A stretch of 64,000 nt of DNA from Longimicrobiales bacterium (GCA_965116905.1 OZ220732.1:1248001-1312000), one strand, 5' to 3'. Shown: positions 39,719 through 49,907, counted from the first letter of the stretch. Numbers and translations are program-made. Notes: generated by a model not told the origin, from the sequence alone.

Positions 39719-41518
39719 GTGGGCCAAACGCGCGGCGAGCAGGCCGGCGGGAAGGCGCCGGGCAACGGCGAACTTGGGCGCCGCGTCGCTGAGCTCGCGG
39801 ACCTCATTGCCCTGGACGGCGGTGATTCGCACCGGGTCAACCATTATCGGCGGGCGGCCACCGTAATCCGCCGCTTTCATCACTCACTGGCGGAGATCAT
39901 CCTGTCCGGCACGGACCTGACCCGGGTGCCCGGGATCGGAAAGGGGCTGGCGGGGTTCCTGGGTGAACTGGTCCGGACCGGTTCGGCGAGGCGTCTGGAG
40001 GACTACAGGGCCCGAATCCCGCGGGGCATTCTCGACCTGATGCGTGTCGACGGCGTCGGCGCAACGCGGGCCCGGACGCTCCGGGACGCGGGCGTGGATT
40101 CGGTCGAGAAGCTGGAAGCCGCGCTCGACGGCCGGTGGATCCATCGGCTGGACGGCTTCGGGCCCTCCGTGGCGAGCCACATCCGCCGCAGCCTCGAGGC
40201 GCGACGTGCGCAGCGTGGCAAGGCACTTCTGTCGCAGGCGGACAGGGCCGTGAGGCGGCTCATCGGAGTCCTGCGGGCAAACGGCGTCGAGTGCAGCATG
40301 GCCGGCGACATCCTGCGGCGCACGGAAATCGTGGCGACAGCCGATATCGTGTGCGCGGCGTCCTCGGAGGTCCTCCGGGACCTGGCGTGCGAATGTCCGG
40401 AGGCGCGGGTGGATGGGACCAGGGGCGACAATCCGGTCCTGGTCACCGTGGACGACGTGCGAATCAGGCTGGTCGCCGCTCCGCGCGAACTGATGGAGCC
40501 GATCGCCCACCACCTCACCGGTCTGCCGGCCTATCTCGACGCACTGGCCGCCCGGGCACGCCGCTACGACCTCGAGATCACACCCACGGGGATCGTCGGG
40601 GTCGGCGGCATGGGCGGCATGGGCGGGACGGGCGATACCGGCGATACCGGCGATACCGAGACCGACGCGAGCCCCGCCTCCGACGAGGCCGCAATCTACC
40701 GACGGCTTCGCCTCCCGTGGATCCCTCCGGAGCTGCGGGAGGATGGCACCACTCTGGAGCAGGCGGAGCGCGGCCTCCCGTCCCTTGTCACGCTGGACGA
40801 CATCCGCGGTGATCTGCACCTGCACACCACCTGGAGCGACGGCGCCGCGACCCTGCGAACCATGGTCGAGGCCGCCGCGGCGCGAGGATACGACTACATC
40901 GCGGTGACCGACCATTCCCCGTCGACCGGCGTCGTGCCCGGCCTGGACGCGGCCGCGCTCGGGGCCCAGGCCGAGGAGATCGCGCGCGTTCAGAGCGACT
41001 TTCCCGGCATCGCCATCCTGCGGGGCTGCGAAGTGGACATCCTTCCCGACGGCACCCTCGACCTGGACGACGAGACGCTCGCGACCCTGGACATCGTGCT
41101 CGCTTCCGTCCATTCCGCCTTTGCCATGTCCCGGAGCCGAATGACGGACCGTATCGTCCGGGCGATGGAAAACCCGCTGGTCGACATCGTCGGTCACCCC
41201 ACCGGCAGGAAGCTGGGACGTCGCGATCCGTACCCTGTCGAACTGAAGGCGCTGCTCGAGGCCGCCCGCGACCTCGATGTCGCCGTCGAGGTCAACGGCA
41301 GTCCCCGGCGGCTCGACCTCGACCACCGCGGACTTTGGCTGTGCCGCGAGTTGGGCGTTAGAGTCGTTGTAAATTCCGATGCGCACTCGGTGGCGCGGCT
41401 GGACAACATGCGGTACGGAATCGACCAGGCTCGGAGGGGATGGTTGCAACCAGCTCAGATTGCAAACGCTACAGAGCTTCCCGCGTTTAGACAGTGGCTT
41501 GGCCGGAGGCTTGATTGA
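39719..41518 (+). CDS. polX: PolX/PHP (DNA polymerase X family with 3'-5' exonuclease PHP domain); polymerase site degenerate
   Basis: HhH VPGIGKG, WIPPELRED, PHP motifs HLHT, TDH, GCEVDI, HPTGR, NSDAH. Confidence 0.88.
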   Translation: MGQTRGEQAGGKAPGNGELGRRVAELADLIALDGGDSHRVNHYRRAATVIRRFHHSLAEIILSGTDLTRVPGIGKGLAGFLGELVRTGSARRLEDYRARIPRGILDLMRVDGVGATRARTLRDAGVDSVEKLEAALDGRWIHRLDGFGPSVASHIRRSLEARRAQRGKALLSQADRAVRRLIGVLRANGVECSMAGDILRRTEIVATADIVCAASSEVLRDLACECPEARVDGTRGDNPVLVTVDDVRIRLVAAPRELMEPIAHHLTGLPAYLDALAARARRYDLEITPTGIVGVGGMGGMGGTGDTGDTGDTETDASPASDEAAIYRRLRLPWIPPELREDGTTLEQAERGLPSLVTLDDIRGDLHLHTTWSDGAATLRTMVEAAAARGYDYIAVTDHSPSTGVVPGLDAAALGAQAEEIARVQSDFPGIAILRGCEVDILPDGTLDLDDETLATLDIVLASVHSAFAMSRSRMTDRIVRAMENPLVDIVGHPTGRKLGRRDPYPVELKALLEAARDLDVAVEVNGSPRRLDLDHRGLWLCRELGVRVVVNSDAHSVARLDNMRYGIDQARRGWLQPAQIANATELPAFRQWLGRRLD

Positions 41519-42486
41519 GCGAGCTGATCGCGAATCTCCTGTTCCTCATTGGAGGCTTCGGGGCTCTCTACTTCGGTGCCGAGTGGCTGGTCCGCGGCTC
41601 CGTGCGCATCGCCTCGGAAATGGGCGTCAGCCCGGTCGTGGTCGGTCTTACGCTGGTATCGCTGGGCACGTCCGCGCCCGAACTGGTCGTGTGCATCCAG
41701 GCGGCCATCGACGGCGCGGGGAATCTGGCCGCGGGCAACGTCCTCGGATCGAATCTCGCCAACATCGGCCTCATTCTGGGCGCGACGGCGCTCCTGCAGC
41801 CCGTGGCGGTCGCTGATCGCGTGATCGGCCGCGAAGTGCCGATCATGATCCTGATCACGGTCATGATCTTCCCGTTCGTGATGGACGGGAGCATCAGCCG
41901 GGGCGACGGCGTGCTGCTGCTCGTGCTCCTGATCGTGTACCTGGCCATCACGTTTGCCTGGGCCGAGGAGGACGACGCGGACATTCTGGACGAGGTGGGT
42001 CTCGCACGCGACGGGGATCGTCAGGAGCACGCGACAAGCCGCCTGGGCAACCTGGGTCTGGTGGCGGCCGGAGCCATCGGTCTGGCGCTGGGGGGGCGGG
42101 CGATCATCACTGGCGCGACCTACCTGGTCGACGCGTTCGGCGCCAGCGAGATGGTGATCGGGGCCACCGTGATTGCCATCGGGACTTCGCTGCCGGAACT
42201 GGTGACCTCGCTGGTCGCAGCCGCCCGGAAGCACGCGGATGTCGCGGTGGGCAACATCATCGGGTCGAACATTTTCAACCTGACGGCGGTAATGGGAGGC
42301 TCGGCACTGGTCCAGGGCTTCGAGATCGAGGGCACGGTCCTGACCACGGAACTTCCCGCGGTGCTCCTGTTGTCGCTGCTGGTGTGGCCCGTGGCGGCCA
42401 GCGCCCGCAGGGTGCGGCGCTCGGAGGGGCTGCTGCTGCTCATGGCCTACGGCGGGTGCATGGTCTGGATCGGCCTTGCCCACTGA
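41515..42486 (+). CDS. Calcium/sodium antiporter (YrbG-like)
   Basis: Two alpha repeats GTSAPEL and GTSLPEL, GNVLGSNLAN and GNIIGSNIFN. Confidence 0.93.
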   Translation: MSELIANLLFLIGGFGALYFGAEWLVRGSVRIASEMGVSPVVVGLTLVSLGTSAPELVVCIQAAIDGAGNLAAGNVLGSNLANIGLILGATALLQPVAVADRVIGREVPIMILITVMIFPFVMDGSISRGDGVLLLVLLIVYLAITFAWAEEDDADILDEVGLARDGDRQEHATSRLGNLGLVAAGAIGLALGGRAIITGATYLVDAFGASEMVIGATVIAIGTSLPELVTSLVAAARKHADVAVGNIIGSNIFNLTAVMGGSALVQGFEIEGTVLTTELPAVLLLSLLVWPVAASARRVRRSEGLLLLMAYGGCMVWIGLAH

Positions 42487-43837
42487 GTCGGCAAACCGGG
42501 ATCTGGCGGAGCGCCTGAGCAGGGTCGAGTCCAGGAACGTCACCTTCCTGCGCCACCGGCCGCCCTTCTGGACCGAGGCCGAGGGCGCGACCGTCCGTGA
42601 CGCCGCCGGAAAGACCTGCCTGGACTTCACCGGCGCGTTCGGGGTCGCGCTGGCCGGCCACCGCCATCCGCTGATCGCCGAGCGGATCGCGGCCCAGGCC
42701 CGCCGACTGGTCCACGGCATGGGCGACATCCACCCGCCGGCGGTGAAGGTGGAGTTCCTCGAGGCGCTCGCCGCGCTGATGCCCTGGCCCGACACCCGGA
42801 CCATCCTCGGCCTCAGCGGATCGGATGCCGTCGAGGCCGCGCTCAAGACCGCCCAGCTCGCCACGGGCCGGCACGGGATCATCGCGTTCGAGGGCGGGTA
42901 CCACGGGCTCACGCTCGGAGCCCTGGCGACGACCCACCGGGTGCACTTCCGCCGTCCGTTCACGAATCGCCTGGCGCATCATGTGCATTTCGTGCGATTC
43001 CCGTCGTCGGCGGACTCGGCGGACTCGGCGGAGGGCGTGCTGAGCGAAATCGACGCGCTGCTGTCCGGCGACGCGGCGATCCCGGTTGGGGCCGTGCTCG
43101 TGGAGCCGATTCAGGGCCGGGCGGGCGTGCGCATCCCGCCACCGGGGTTCCTGGCGCGGCTGGCGAAGCGAACGCGTGCCGGAGGCGCCCTGTTCATCGC
43201 CGACGAGATCTTTACGGGGATGGGACGGACGGGCGAGCTCCTGGCGTGCGATCATGACCGGGTCGTGCCCGACCTGGTGTGCCTGGGCAAGGCCCTTGGC
43301 GGGGGCATGCCGCTCTCGGCCTGCTCCGGATCCCGTGAGGTGATGGACGCCTGGCCGCCGTCATCGGGCGAGGCCGTGCACACAAGCACGTTTCTGGGCC
43401 ATCCGCTCGGGTGCGCCGCGGGGCTTGGGTTCGTGGCGGCGCTGGAAGCAGACGACCTGGCCGGGCGCGCGCGCCGACTCGGAGCCCTCGCGCTCGACTA
43501 CCTGACGGCGAAGCTGCGGGGCCGCGAGGAAGTGCGGGAGGTGCGGGGAAGGGGGCTGATGCTCGGCGTGGAGCTGCGCGTGCCGGACCCCGCGTCTGCA
43601 GGTGCCGCGGCGGACGCCGATGCCGCCGCTGACGCCGACGTGGGCCCGGCCGTGGCCGTCGCCGGGCGCGCGCTCGACCGGGGGCTGATCGTGTTGCCTG
43701 CGGGATCCGGCGGCGAGGTGGTTGAACTGACGCCGCCCGCCACGATCAGCGAGAAGGAACTCGAAGCGGGACTGGAGGTGCTGGTATCCGCGATGGCTAC
43801 GCGGCCTTCGCCCTCCACGCACCGATCCACTCCGTGA
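42476..43837 (+). CDS. Aminotransferase class III
   Basis: SGSDAVEAALK, GGYHG, EPIQG, DEIFTGMGRTG, GKALGGG. Confidence 0.9.
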   Translation: MPTESANRDLAERLSRVESRNVTFLRHRPPFWTEAEGATVRDAAGKTCLDFTGAFGVALAGHRHPLIAERIAAQARRLVHGMGDIHPPAVKVEFLEALAALMPWPDTRTILGLSGSDAVEAALKTAQLATGRHGIIAFEGGYHGLTLGALATTHRVHFRRPFTNRLAHHVHFVRFPSSADSADSAEGVLSEIDALLSGDAAIPVGAVLVEPIQGRAGVRIPPPGFLARLAKRTRAGGALFIADEIFTGMGRTGELLACDHDRVVPDLVCLGKALGGGMPLSACSGSREVMDAWPPSSGEAVHTSTFLGHPLGCAAGLGFVAALEADDLAGRARRLGALALDYLTAKLRGREEVREVRGRGLMLGVELRVPDPASAGAAADADAAADADVGPAVAVAGRALDRGLIVLPAGSGGEVVELTPPATISEKELEAGLEVLVSAMATRPSPSTHRSTP

Positions 43838-46800
43838 CGCTGTAGTTCAGCATCGCGAGCGCGGGCACGACCAGCATCAGCAGGAACGTCGCGATCAGGA
43901 CGCCGAAGCCGACCGAGGTCGCGAGAGGCACGAGGTGCTGCGCGTAGGTGCTGGACTCGAAGACGATCGGGGCCACGCCCAGGAACGTCGTCAGGGAGGT
44001 CAGCAGGATGGGCCGGAAGCGGCTCTTGGCACCGGCGATGATCGCGTCGCGCGCTGACATTCCGGAGTCCCGCAGACCGTTGATGAACTTGATCATCATC
44101 AGCGAGTCGTTCACGACCACTCCGAAGACGCCGATCAGTCCGTAGAGCGACCAGAGGCCCCAGCTGAGTCCCAGCAGCATGTGTCCGGCCAGGGCGCCGA
44201 CCGCTCCCAGCGGCACGGCGGCCATGATGATGAGCGGCTGGGAGTAGGAACCGAAGGGGATCGCCATCAGCGCATACATCACGAGCAGTGCCAGGAAGAG
44301 CGACCTGCTCAGCACGGTGTACGCGTGCTCCTGGTCCTTTCGCAGGCCTCCGATGGTGTATTCCAGCCCAGGGTGCTCGTCGATCAGTCGCGGAAGAAGG
44401 TCGTTGTCCACGCTGCGGTTGGCCTGCGCGGCGGATGTGAGCCGCGGGTCGATATCGGCGGTGACCGTCACGGCCCGGCGGCTGTCGACCCGGTGTATGG
44501 TGGCGGCCGACCTGGCGAACCGCGCGGACGCCACCTGCCGCAGCGGCAGCTCGCCGCCCGGAGTCCGCACGATGTAGCGTTCAATGTCGGTCGGCGAATT
44601 CCGCTCGTCCTCCGGAAGCCGGACGTAGACGCGCATGTCCTCCCGGCCCCGCTGCACCCTGAGGGCCTCCGAACCGAAGAACGCGGAGCGTACCTGCCCC
44701 GCAAAGCTGTCCAGGGTCAGGTTCAGAGTGCGGGCTCCGGGCTTAAGTTCCAGCAGAAGCTCCCTGTATCCCTTGTCGAGGTTGTTCCGGACATCGAAGA
44801 CACCGTCCAGGGCGGCGACCTCGCTGGCGAACGCGCCCGCGGCGGCAGCGAGCTCCTCGGGGTCCGGGTGCGAGAGCTCGAAGTGGACCGGAAGCCCCAG
44901 TCCCAGCAGGTTCGAGGAAATCGACACCGACTCGGCCCCGGGGACCGGGCCAGCCTCCTCGCGCCACATCCTCTCGAAGGTCGAAGCGGCGATGTCGTGC
45001 TCCTCCCACCCCGTCAGCTTGAACTGGACGGCGCCCACGTGACCGCGCGGCGCACTGACCTCGTCGCCGGCCAGCGGATCGTAGAGCGCGGCCGCCTCGC
45101 CCACGGTGACCGCGACGTCGAATGCCAGGGACTCCCCGTCGCCGACGTGGTCTTCCGACAGCCGTGCGGCGGCCCTCCTTCCCGCGGCTTCGAGGTCCCC
45201 CAGCACCGCCGCCGTCCGTTCGCCGGGTGTCCCCACGGGCATCTCCACGTTGGCGGAAACGACCTCTCCCTCGATGGGCGTGAGGAACTGGTTGGGCACG
45301 ATCCCCGAGGCTACGACGGCGCCGGAGAGGACGAGCAGCGCGGTCGCCGAAGCCAGCACGACCAGCGGCTGATCGACCGCGAACCGCAACCCCTTCTCCA
45401 GCGGGCCGTCGGTGATTCGCTTGAGCAGCGCCTCGGTGCCTTGCTGCACCCGGCGAAGGAGCCGTGACGCCCGGTTGCGCGCCTTCCCGGCGGCTTCCCT
45501 GAGGTGCGACAGGTGATTCGGCAGCACCAGCAACGACTCGATCAGCGACAGGAAAAGGACCGCGATGACCACGATGGGAATGCTCCGGCCGAGCTTCCCC
45601 TGCGGTCCCGGAGCCGGCAGCAGCGCCGCAAACGCGGTCACGGTGGTGAGGACCGAGAAGATGACCGGGGTACTGACGATTCGAGTCCCCCGGATCGCCG
45701 CCGCGACGCCGCGAGCGCCGCGCTCCCGCTCGGTGAACACGCTCTCGCCCACCACGATCGCGTCGTCCACCACGATCCCCAGGGCAAGGACGAGCGCCAT
45801 CAGCGAGAACATGTTGATCGAGATGCCCATCAATCCCATCACCAGGAACGTCCCCGCGAACGCGACCCCCAGCCCCACGGCAACCCAGACCGCCAGCCGG
45901 ATCTGAAGGAAGAGCGCCAGACAGAGGAACACGAGCGCCAGTCCCAGCAGCGCATTCTCGATCATCAGGCCCAGGCGCCCCGCGACTTCCTCGGAGTCGT
46001 CCTTCCAGATGGCGATGCCGGTGCCCTCGGGAAGGGCCGGCAAGACCTCCGCCGCCAGGTAGTCGGTCACGACACGGGCGATGTCCAGCACCTGCTCGTC
46101 CGAGGTGCGAAACACGTCCACGCGAACCGCCGGCTGCCCGTTGTAGCGCACGCTGAGATCGGAGTCCGCGAATCCGTCCCGCACGTTGGCGATCTCGCCC
46201 AGCCGAACCGACGTGCCGTCCGGCCGCGTCAGAACGACGATGTCTTCGAAGTCCCCCTGGTCGTAGTTCTGTCCCAGGGTTCTGACGAGCACTTCCTCGT
46301 TGGCGGTCGACACCATGCCGGCGGACAGCTCGAGCGATCCCTGCCTCACGGCGAATGCGACATCGTCCAGCGTCAGGCCGAGGGCCCTCAGGTGCCTGAG
46401 CGGCACCTCGATCGAGATCTCGTAGTTCCGGGCGCCGCTGGTTTCGGCCAGAGAGACTTCCGGGAGAGAGGAGATCCCCTCTTCGATATCGTACGCCAGC
46501 TCCTTGAGCGTGCGTTCGGGGACATTGCCGTGGACGAGAAGCCGGATCACGCTCTGGCGACTCGTGATTTCGCGCACCTCGGGGCGTTCGGCGCCGGCCG
46601 GAAAGCTCGGAATGCGATCCACCCGCGCCTTGACGTCGTTCAGGGCGCGATTGATGTCGGTTCCCGACCTGAATTCGACGACGACGGTCCCCAGCCCTTC
46701 GGTAGCCGTCGATTCGATGCGTTGCAACCCGTCGACCGCCCGGATCTCCTCCTCGATCCGGCGAACGATGGACTCCTCCACCTCCTGTGGAGCGGCTCCC

Positions 46801-46967
46801 GGGTACGGCAACACGATCTGTACCCGTTCCAGCGAGAAGTCGGGCAGGACCTCCTGGACCAGATTGCCCGCGGCCCCGAGTCCGGCCAGAAGGAGGAACA
46901 GCATGAGGACATTGGCGGCGACGCCATTCCTCGCCATGAAGCCTATCGGACCGTTGGCGCCCTTCAC
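43797..46967 (-). CDS. RND efflux transporter permease subunit (AcrB family)
   Basis: YPGAAPQEVE, GIVVDDAIVVGE, GVVVNDS, RFRPILLTSLTT. Confidence 0.93.
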   Translation of the reverse strand: MKGANGPIGFMARNGVAANVLMLFLLLAGLGAAGNLVQEVLPDFSLERVQIVLPYPGAAPQEVEESIVRRIEEEIRAVDGLQRIESTATEGLGTVVVEFRSGTDINRALNDVKARVDRIPSFPAGAERPEVREITSRQSVIRLLVHGNVPERTLKELAYDIEEGISSLPEVSLAETSGARNYEISIEVPLRHLRALGLTLDDVAFAVRQGSLELSAGMVSTANEEVLVRTLGQNYDQGDFEDIVVLTRPDGTSVRLGEIANVRDGFADSDLSVRYNGQPAVRVDVFRTSDEQVLDIARVVTDYLAAEVLPALPEGTGIAIWKDDSEEVAGRLGLMIENALLGLALVFLCLALFLQIRLAVWVAVGLGVAFAGTFLVMGLMGISINMFSLMALVLALGIVVDDAIVVGESVFTERERGARGVAAAIRGTRIVSTPVIFSVLTTVTAFAALLPAPGPQGKLGRSIPIVVIAVLFLSLIESLLVLPNHLSHLREAAGKARNRASRLLRRVQQGTEALLKRITDGPLEKGLRFAVDQPLVVLASATALLVLSGAVVASGIVPNQFLTPIEGEVVSANVEMPVGTPGERTAAVLGDLEAAGRRAAARLSEDHVGDGESLAFDVAVTVGEAAALYDPLAGDEVSAPRGHVGAVQFKLTGWEEHDIAASTFERMWREEAGPVPGAESVSISSNLLGLGLPVHFELSHPDPEELAAAAGAFASEVAALDGVFDVRNNLDKGYRELLLELKPGARTLNLTLDSFAGQVRSAFFGSEALRVQRGREDMRVYVRLPEDERNSPTDIERYIVRTPGGELPLRQVASARFARSAATIHRVDSRRAVTVTADIDPRLTSAAQANRSVDNDLLPRLIDEHPGLEYTIGGLRKDQEHAYTVLSRSLFLALLVMYALMAIPFGSYSQPLIIMAAVPLGAVGALAGHMLLGLSWGLWSLYGLIGVFGVVVNDSLMMIKFINGLRDSGMSARDAIIAGAKSRFRPILLTSLTTFLGVAPIVFESSTYAQHLVPLATSVGFGVLIATFLLMLVVPALAMLNYSVTEWIGAWRAKAA

Positions 46968-47009
46968 CTGGCCGTCACGCGACCCGGGAGTCAGCCAAGG
47001 GGGCCGCCT

Positions 47010-47300
47010 CTAGCGGGCCGAGGTCGCGAAGTCGATTCGCTCCGCCAGCTTGAGGTCCCGCTCCGTCACGCCCCCGGCGTCATGCGACCAGAGATGGAGG
47101 GACACCCGGTCGTACCGGATCTGGATATCCGGGTGGTGACCCTCCTCGTCGGCGATCGTCGCGACCCGGTTGACGAACACGATGGCGCTCCGGAACGAGG
47201 GGAACACGTAGTGTTTGCGTATTCCGTTGTCCGTGAACCTCCACCTGGAATGCGCGGCGGTCCACTCCTCGATCTGACTCGGGGAAAGCTTGTCTGCCAT
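47010..47300 (-). CDS. Pterin-4-alpha-carbinolamine dehydratase
   Basis: FVNRVA..A...HHPDI....V...LWSHDAGGVT.RD..LA..ID. Confidence 0.93.
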   Translation of the reverse strand: MADKLSPSQIEEWTAAHSRWRFTDNGIRKHYVFPSFRSAIVFVNRVATIADEEGHHPDIQIRYDRVSLHLWSHDAGGVTERDLKLAERIDFATSAR

Positions 47301-47413
47301 CGGTCCCCACGGGTAATTCACGGCCTTCTGGACGACCCAGCCAACGTCCCTCTTCGACTACTATCATAACGCCATGGTTGGACCGGTGCACGATGCGGGA
47401 TACATTTGTTTGC

Positions 47414-48388
47414 GTGGCCACGCTTCAAGAGCTCCTGGTACAGTCGAGCCGCACCTTCGCGGTGGGTATCGACCTGCTTCCCGCGCCCCTGCGGGACGAA
47501 ATCACCGTCGCCTACCTTCTTCTCCGCGTGTCCGACTACCTGGAGGACAACCAGGAACTCGGGGACGACGAGAAGATCGGCCTGCTGAACGAATGGCGGC
47601 GAGTGCTGGAGGGGCACGGCGACGGGGACGCCTTCGCCGCCCGACTCGAAGAGGCCCGCGAAGCAACCCCGGACGCGCTTGTCGCACGGCAGGCGGCCAC
47701 CGTCCTCGGCGCACTCGACCGGCTGGCGCCCGAGGCGCGGGACATCCTGGTGAGGCGGGTCCGGGAGTCGAGCGCCGGGATGGCCCGCTGGACCGAGAGG
47801 GGATCGGTCTTCCGGAACGAGGCGGACCTCGACGACTACATGCACGAGGTGGCCGGGCGGGTGGGGTACCTGCTCACCGAGCTCTTCGCCCTCCGGCTCC
47901 GGCGGCTTCGGGGCGAGCGGGAGCGCATGATGGAACTCGGGCGTGAGTTCGGCCTGGCCCTCCAGACGGTCAACGTGATCAGGGGTCTCCACGAGGACCG
48001 CGACCGCGGCTGGGTGTACGTGCCGGCCGCGTTCCTTCCGGATCCCCGCATCCGCCCCGGCGAGCTCTTCGATCCGGCCAACCGGAACGCTGCCATGGCG
48101 GTCCTGGACAGACTCGTGCGCAAGGCGGATCGCCATCTGGCGGCGGCTCGCGCGTATATCCGCCTGATCCCCCGCGGAAACCACAGGGTGCGGCTCTTCT
48201 GCCTGCTCCCGCTGCTCTTTGCGGTGCGCACCCTCGCGATCAGCCGCGCCAACCCGACGGTGCTGAAGCGGGAGACCAAGATGACGCGCCGCGAAGTCGA
48301 GGTCATCACCCGCCGGGCGAAGGTCTGGGGCTTCTCGAACGGGTGGATCGACTGGTACTGCAGACGACTGGAGACCCGGGGCGCGTAG
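47414..48388 (+). CDS. Squalene/phytoene synthase family protein (squalene synthase-like)
   Basis: SRTFA, YLLLRVSDYLED, YMHEVAGRVG, FGLALQTVNVIRG..ED, RLFCLLP. Start GTG 47414 (alternative ATG 47393). Confidence 0.85.
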   Translation: MATLQELLVQSSRTFAVGIDLLPAPLRDEITVAYLLLRVSDYLEDNQELGDDEKIGLLNEWRRVLEGHGDGDAFAARLEEAREATPDALVARQAATVLGALDRLAPEARDILVRRVRESSAGMARWTERGSVFRNEADLDDYMHEVAGRVGYLLTELFALRLRRLRGERERMMELGREFGLALQTVNVIRGLHEDRDRGWVYVPAAFLPDPRIRPGELFDPANRNAAMAVLDRLVRKADRHLAAARAYIRLIPRGNHRVRLFCLLPLLFAVRTLAISRANPTVLKRETKMTRREVEVITRRAKVWGFSNGWIDWYCRRLETRGA

Positions 48389-48437
48389 GGCACTCGTGCA
48401 GGGTACTCGCGCACGACACCGGCGGTGCGTACGGCTG

Positions 48438-48466
48438 TTGACCCCTATTCCGAGTTTCCGTAACTT
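48438..48466 (+). promoter_or_regulatory. Sigma70-type promoter of the tRNA array
   Basis: TTGACC-17 bp-TAACTT, 11 bp before the first tRNA. Confidence 0.75.
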
Positions 48467-48477
48467 AAAGATCTCAC

Positions 48478-48551
<74 letters not shown>

Positions 48552-48639
48552 TACAAGCGACGGAGTGTCTCCGGGAACGCCGCCTCAGCGCGGCGTTTCT
48601 GGCGTAGCGGCCCGGGGTACCGGGACTTGGATCGGCCAG

Positions 48640-48689
48640 GCCGACCGGTGGTTCCATGCGAACCCGCCGGCAGGGCCCGGTCGGTTTTT
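48640..48689 (+). terminator. Possible terminator or attenuator hairpin after tRNA-fMet
   Basis: GCCGACCGG...CCGGTCGGT followed by TTTT. Confidence 0.4.
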
Positions 48690-48710
48690 GTCGGAGCGAT
48701 GTCGGGCTTC

Positions 48711-48783
48711 GGCCAGGTAGCTCAGTTGGTAGAGCACGCGACTGAAAATCGCGGTGTCGGCGGTTCAATTCCGTCCCTGGCCA
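48711..48783 (+). tRNA. tRNA-Phe (GAA)
   Basis: Cloverleaf; CGCGA-ctGAAaa-TCGCG. Confidence 0.95.
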
Positions 48784-48795
48784 TTGGTTGACGCT

Positions 48796-48869
48796 AGGTC
48801 CGTAGCTCAATTTGGTAGAGCACCGGTCTCCAAAACCGGCGGTTGGGGGTTCGAGTCCCTCCGGGCCTG
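48796..48869 (+). tRNA. tRNA-Trp (CCA)
   Basis: CCGGT-ctCCAaa-ACCGG. Confidence 0.95.
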
Positions 48870-48885
48870 TAGCCGACGGAGGTTC

Positions 48886-48957
48886 GCCCTCATCGTCTAA
48901 CGGTTAGGACACCACTCTTTCAAGGTGGAGATCGGGGTTCGATTCCCCGTGAGGGTA
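48886..48957 (+). tRNA. tRNA-Glu (TTC)
   Basis: CCACT-ctTTCaa-GGTGG. Confidence 0.93.
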
Positions 48958-48993
48958 CTTGGCCGGCGCGGGTTGCCGGCCGCGAGGAAAATT

Positions 48994-49068
48994 GGGGCTG
49001 TAGCTCAGTTTGGTTAGAGTGCCGGTCTGTCACACCGGAGGCCGCGGGTTCGAGTCCCGTCAGCCCCG
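48994..49068 (+). tRNA. tRNA-Asp (GTC)
   Basis: CCGGT-ctGTCac-ACCGG. Confidence 0.95.
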
Positions 49069-49107
49069 CTGGCTGGTTTTTGAAAATATGGGTCGTGGAG
49101 CGGGTTT

Positions 49108-49180
49108 GGGGCCGTAGCTCAGTTGGGAGAGCGCCTGAATGGCATTCAGGAGGTCAGGGGTTCGACTCCCCTCGGCTCCA
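49108..49180 (+). tRNA. tRNA-Ala (GGC)
   Basis: CCTGA-atGGCat-TCAGG; G3:U70. Confidence 0.95.
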
Positions 49181-49203
49181 TTCACCGGATCGATGTGCCG
49201 AAG

Positions 49204-49288
49204 GCTCGGGTGGCGGAATTGGTAGACGCGCAGGATTCAGGATCCTGTGGGGGTTAACCCCGTGAGGGTTCGAGTCCCTCCCCGAGCA
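49204..49288 (+). tRNA. tRNA-Leu (CAG)
   Basis: CAGGA-ttCAGga-TCCTG; long variable arm. Confidence 0.95.
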
Positions 49289-49319
49289 TTGGCCGGAGCT
49301 GGCAGGCCAGGCTGGGAAC

Positions 49320-49403
49320 GCCCACGTGCTGGAATTGGTAGACAGGCTGGTTTGAGGGACCAGTGTTCGAAAGGACGTACAGGTTCGAGTCCTGTCGTGG
49401 GCA
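49320..49403 (+). tRNA. tRNA-Leu (GAG)
   Basis: CTGGT-ttGAGgg-ACCAG; long variable arm. Confidence 0.95.
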
Positions 49404-49434
49404 CTGAGTTTTTCGGCGATCATCGATTGGCGGA

Positions 49435-49508
49435 GCGCCCGTAGCTCAATTGGATAGAGTACCTGACTACGGATCAGGGGGTTGGGGGTTCGAGTCCTCC
49501 CGGGCGTA
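49435..49508 (+). tRNA. tRNA-Arg (ACG)
   Basis: CCTGA-ctACGga-TCAGG. Confidence 0.95.
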
Positions 49509-49516
49509 TTGGTGCA

Positions 49517-49590
49517 GGGCGCGTAGCTCAGCTGGCTAGAGTGCCACGTTGACATCGTGGAGGTCACAGGTTCAAGTCCTGTCGCGCCCA
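49517..49590 (+). tRNA. tRNA-Val (GAC)
   Basis: CCACG-ttGACat-CGTGG. Confidence 0.95.
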
Positions 49591-49620
49591 CTGGCAGTCC
49601 GCGGATGACCCGCGCGAGCA

Positions 49621-49693
49621 GGGGCCGTAGCTCAGTTGGGAGAGCGCAGCGTTCGCAACGCTGAGGTCAGGGGTTCGACTCCCCTCGGCTCCA
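49621..49693 (+). tRNA. tRNA-Ala (CGC)
   Basis: CAGCG-ttCGCaa-CGCTG; G3:U70. Confidence 0.95.
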
Positions 49694-49755
49694 CTGGCGA
49701 GGCGGCGACACGGCGGGGCCGCCGGGCCGTCCGCTTGCCGCCCGCCGGAAACATC

Positions 49756-49828
49756 GCCACCGTAGCTCAGCTGGTAGAGCACGTCACTCGTAATGACGGG
49801 GTCGTCGGTTCGAGTCCGACCGGTGGCT
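49756..49828 (+). tRNA. tRNA-Thr (CGT)
   Basis: CGTCA-ctCGTaa-TGACG. Confidence 0.95.
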
Positions 49829-49834
49829 CTAGCT

Positions 49835-49907
49835 AGCCCCGTGGTGTAATTGGCAACACGTCTGACTCTGGATCAGAAGAGTCCTGGTTCGAGCCCAGGC
49901 GGGGCTA
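49835..49907 (+). tRNA. tRNA-Gln (CTG)
   Basis: TCTGA-ctCTGga-TCAGA. Confidence 0.93.

Noticed and set aside
43797..46967. RND permease lacking adjacent membrane-fusion and outer-membrane partners as a novel system
   Set aside because: Partners are often encoded elsewhere; this cannot be judged from the window.
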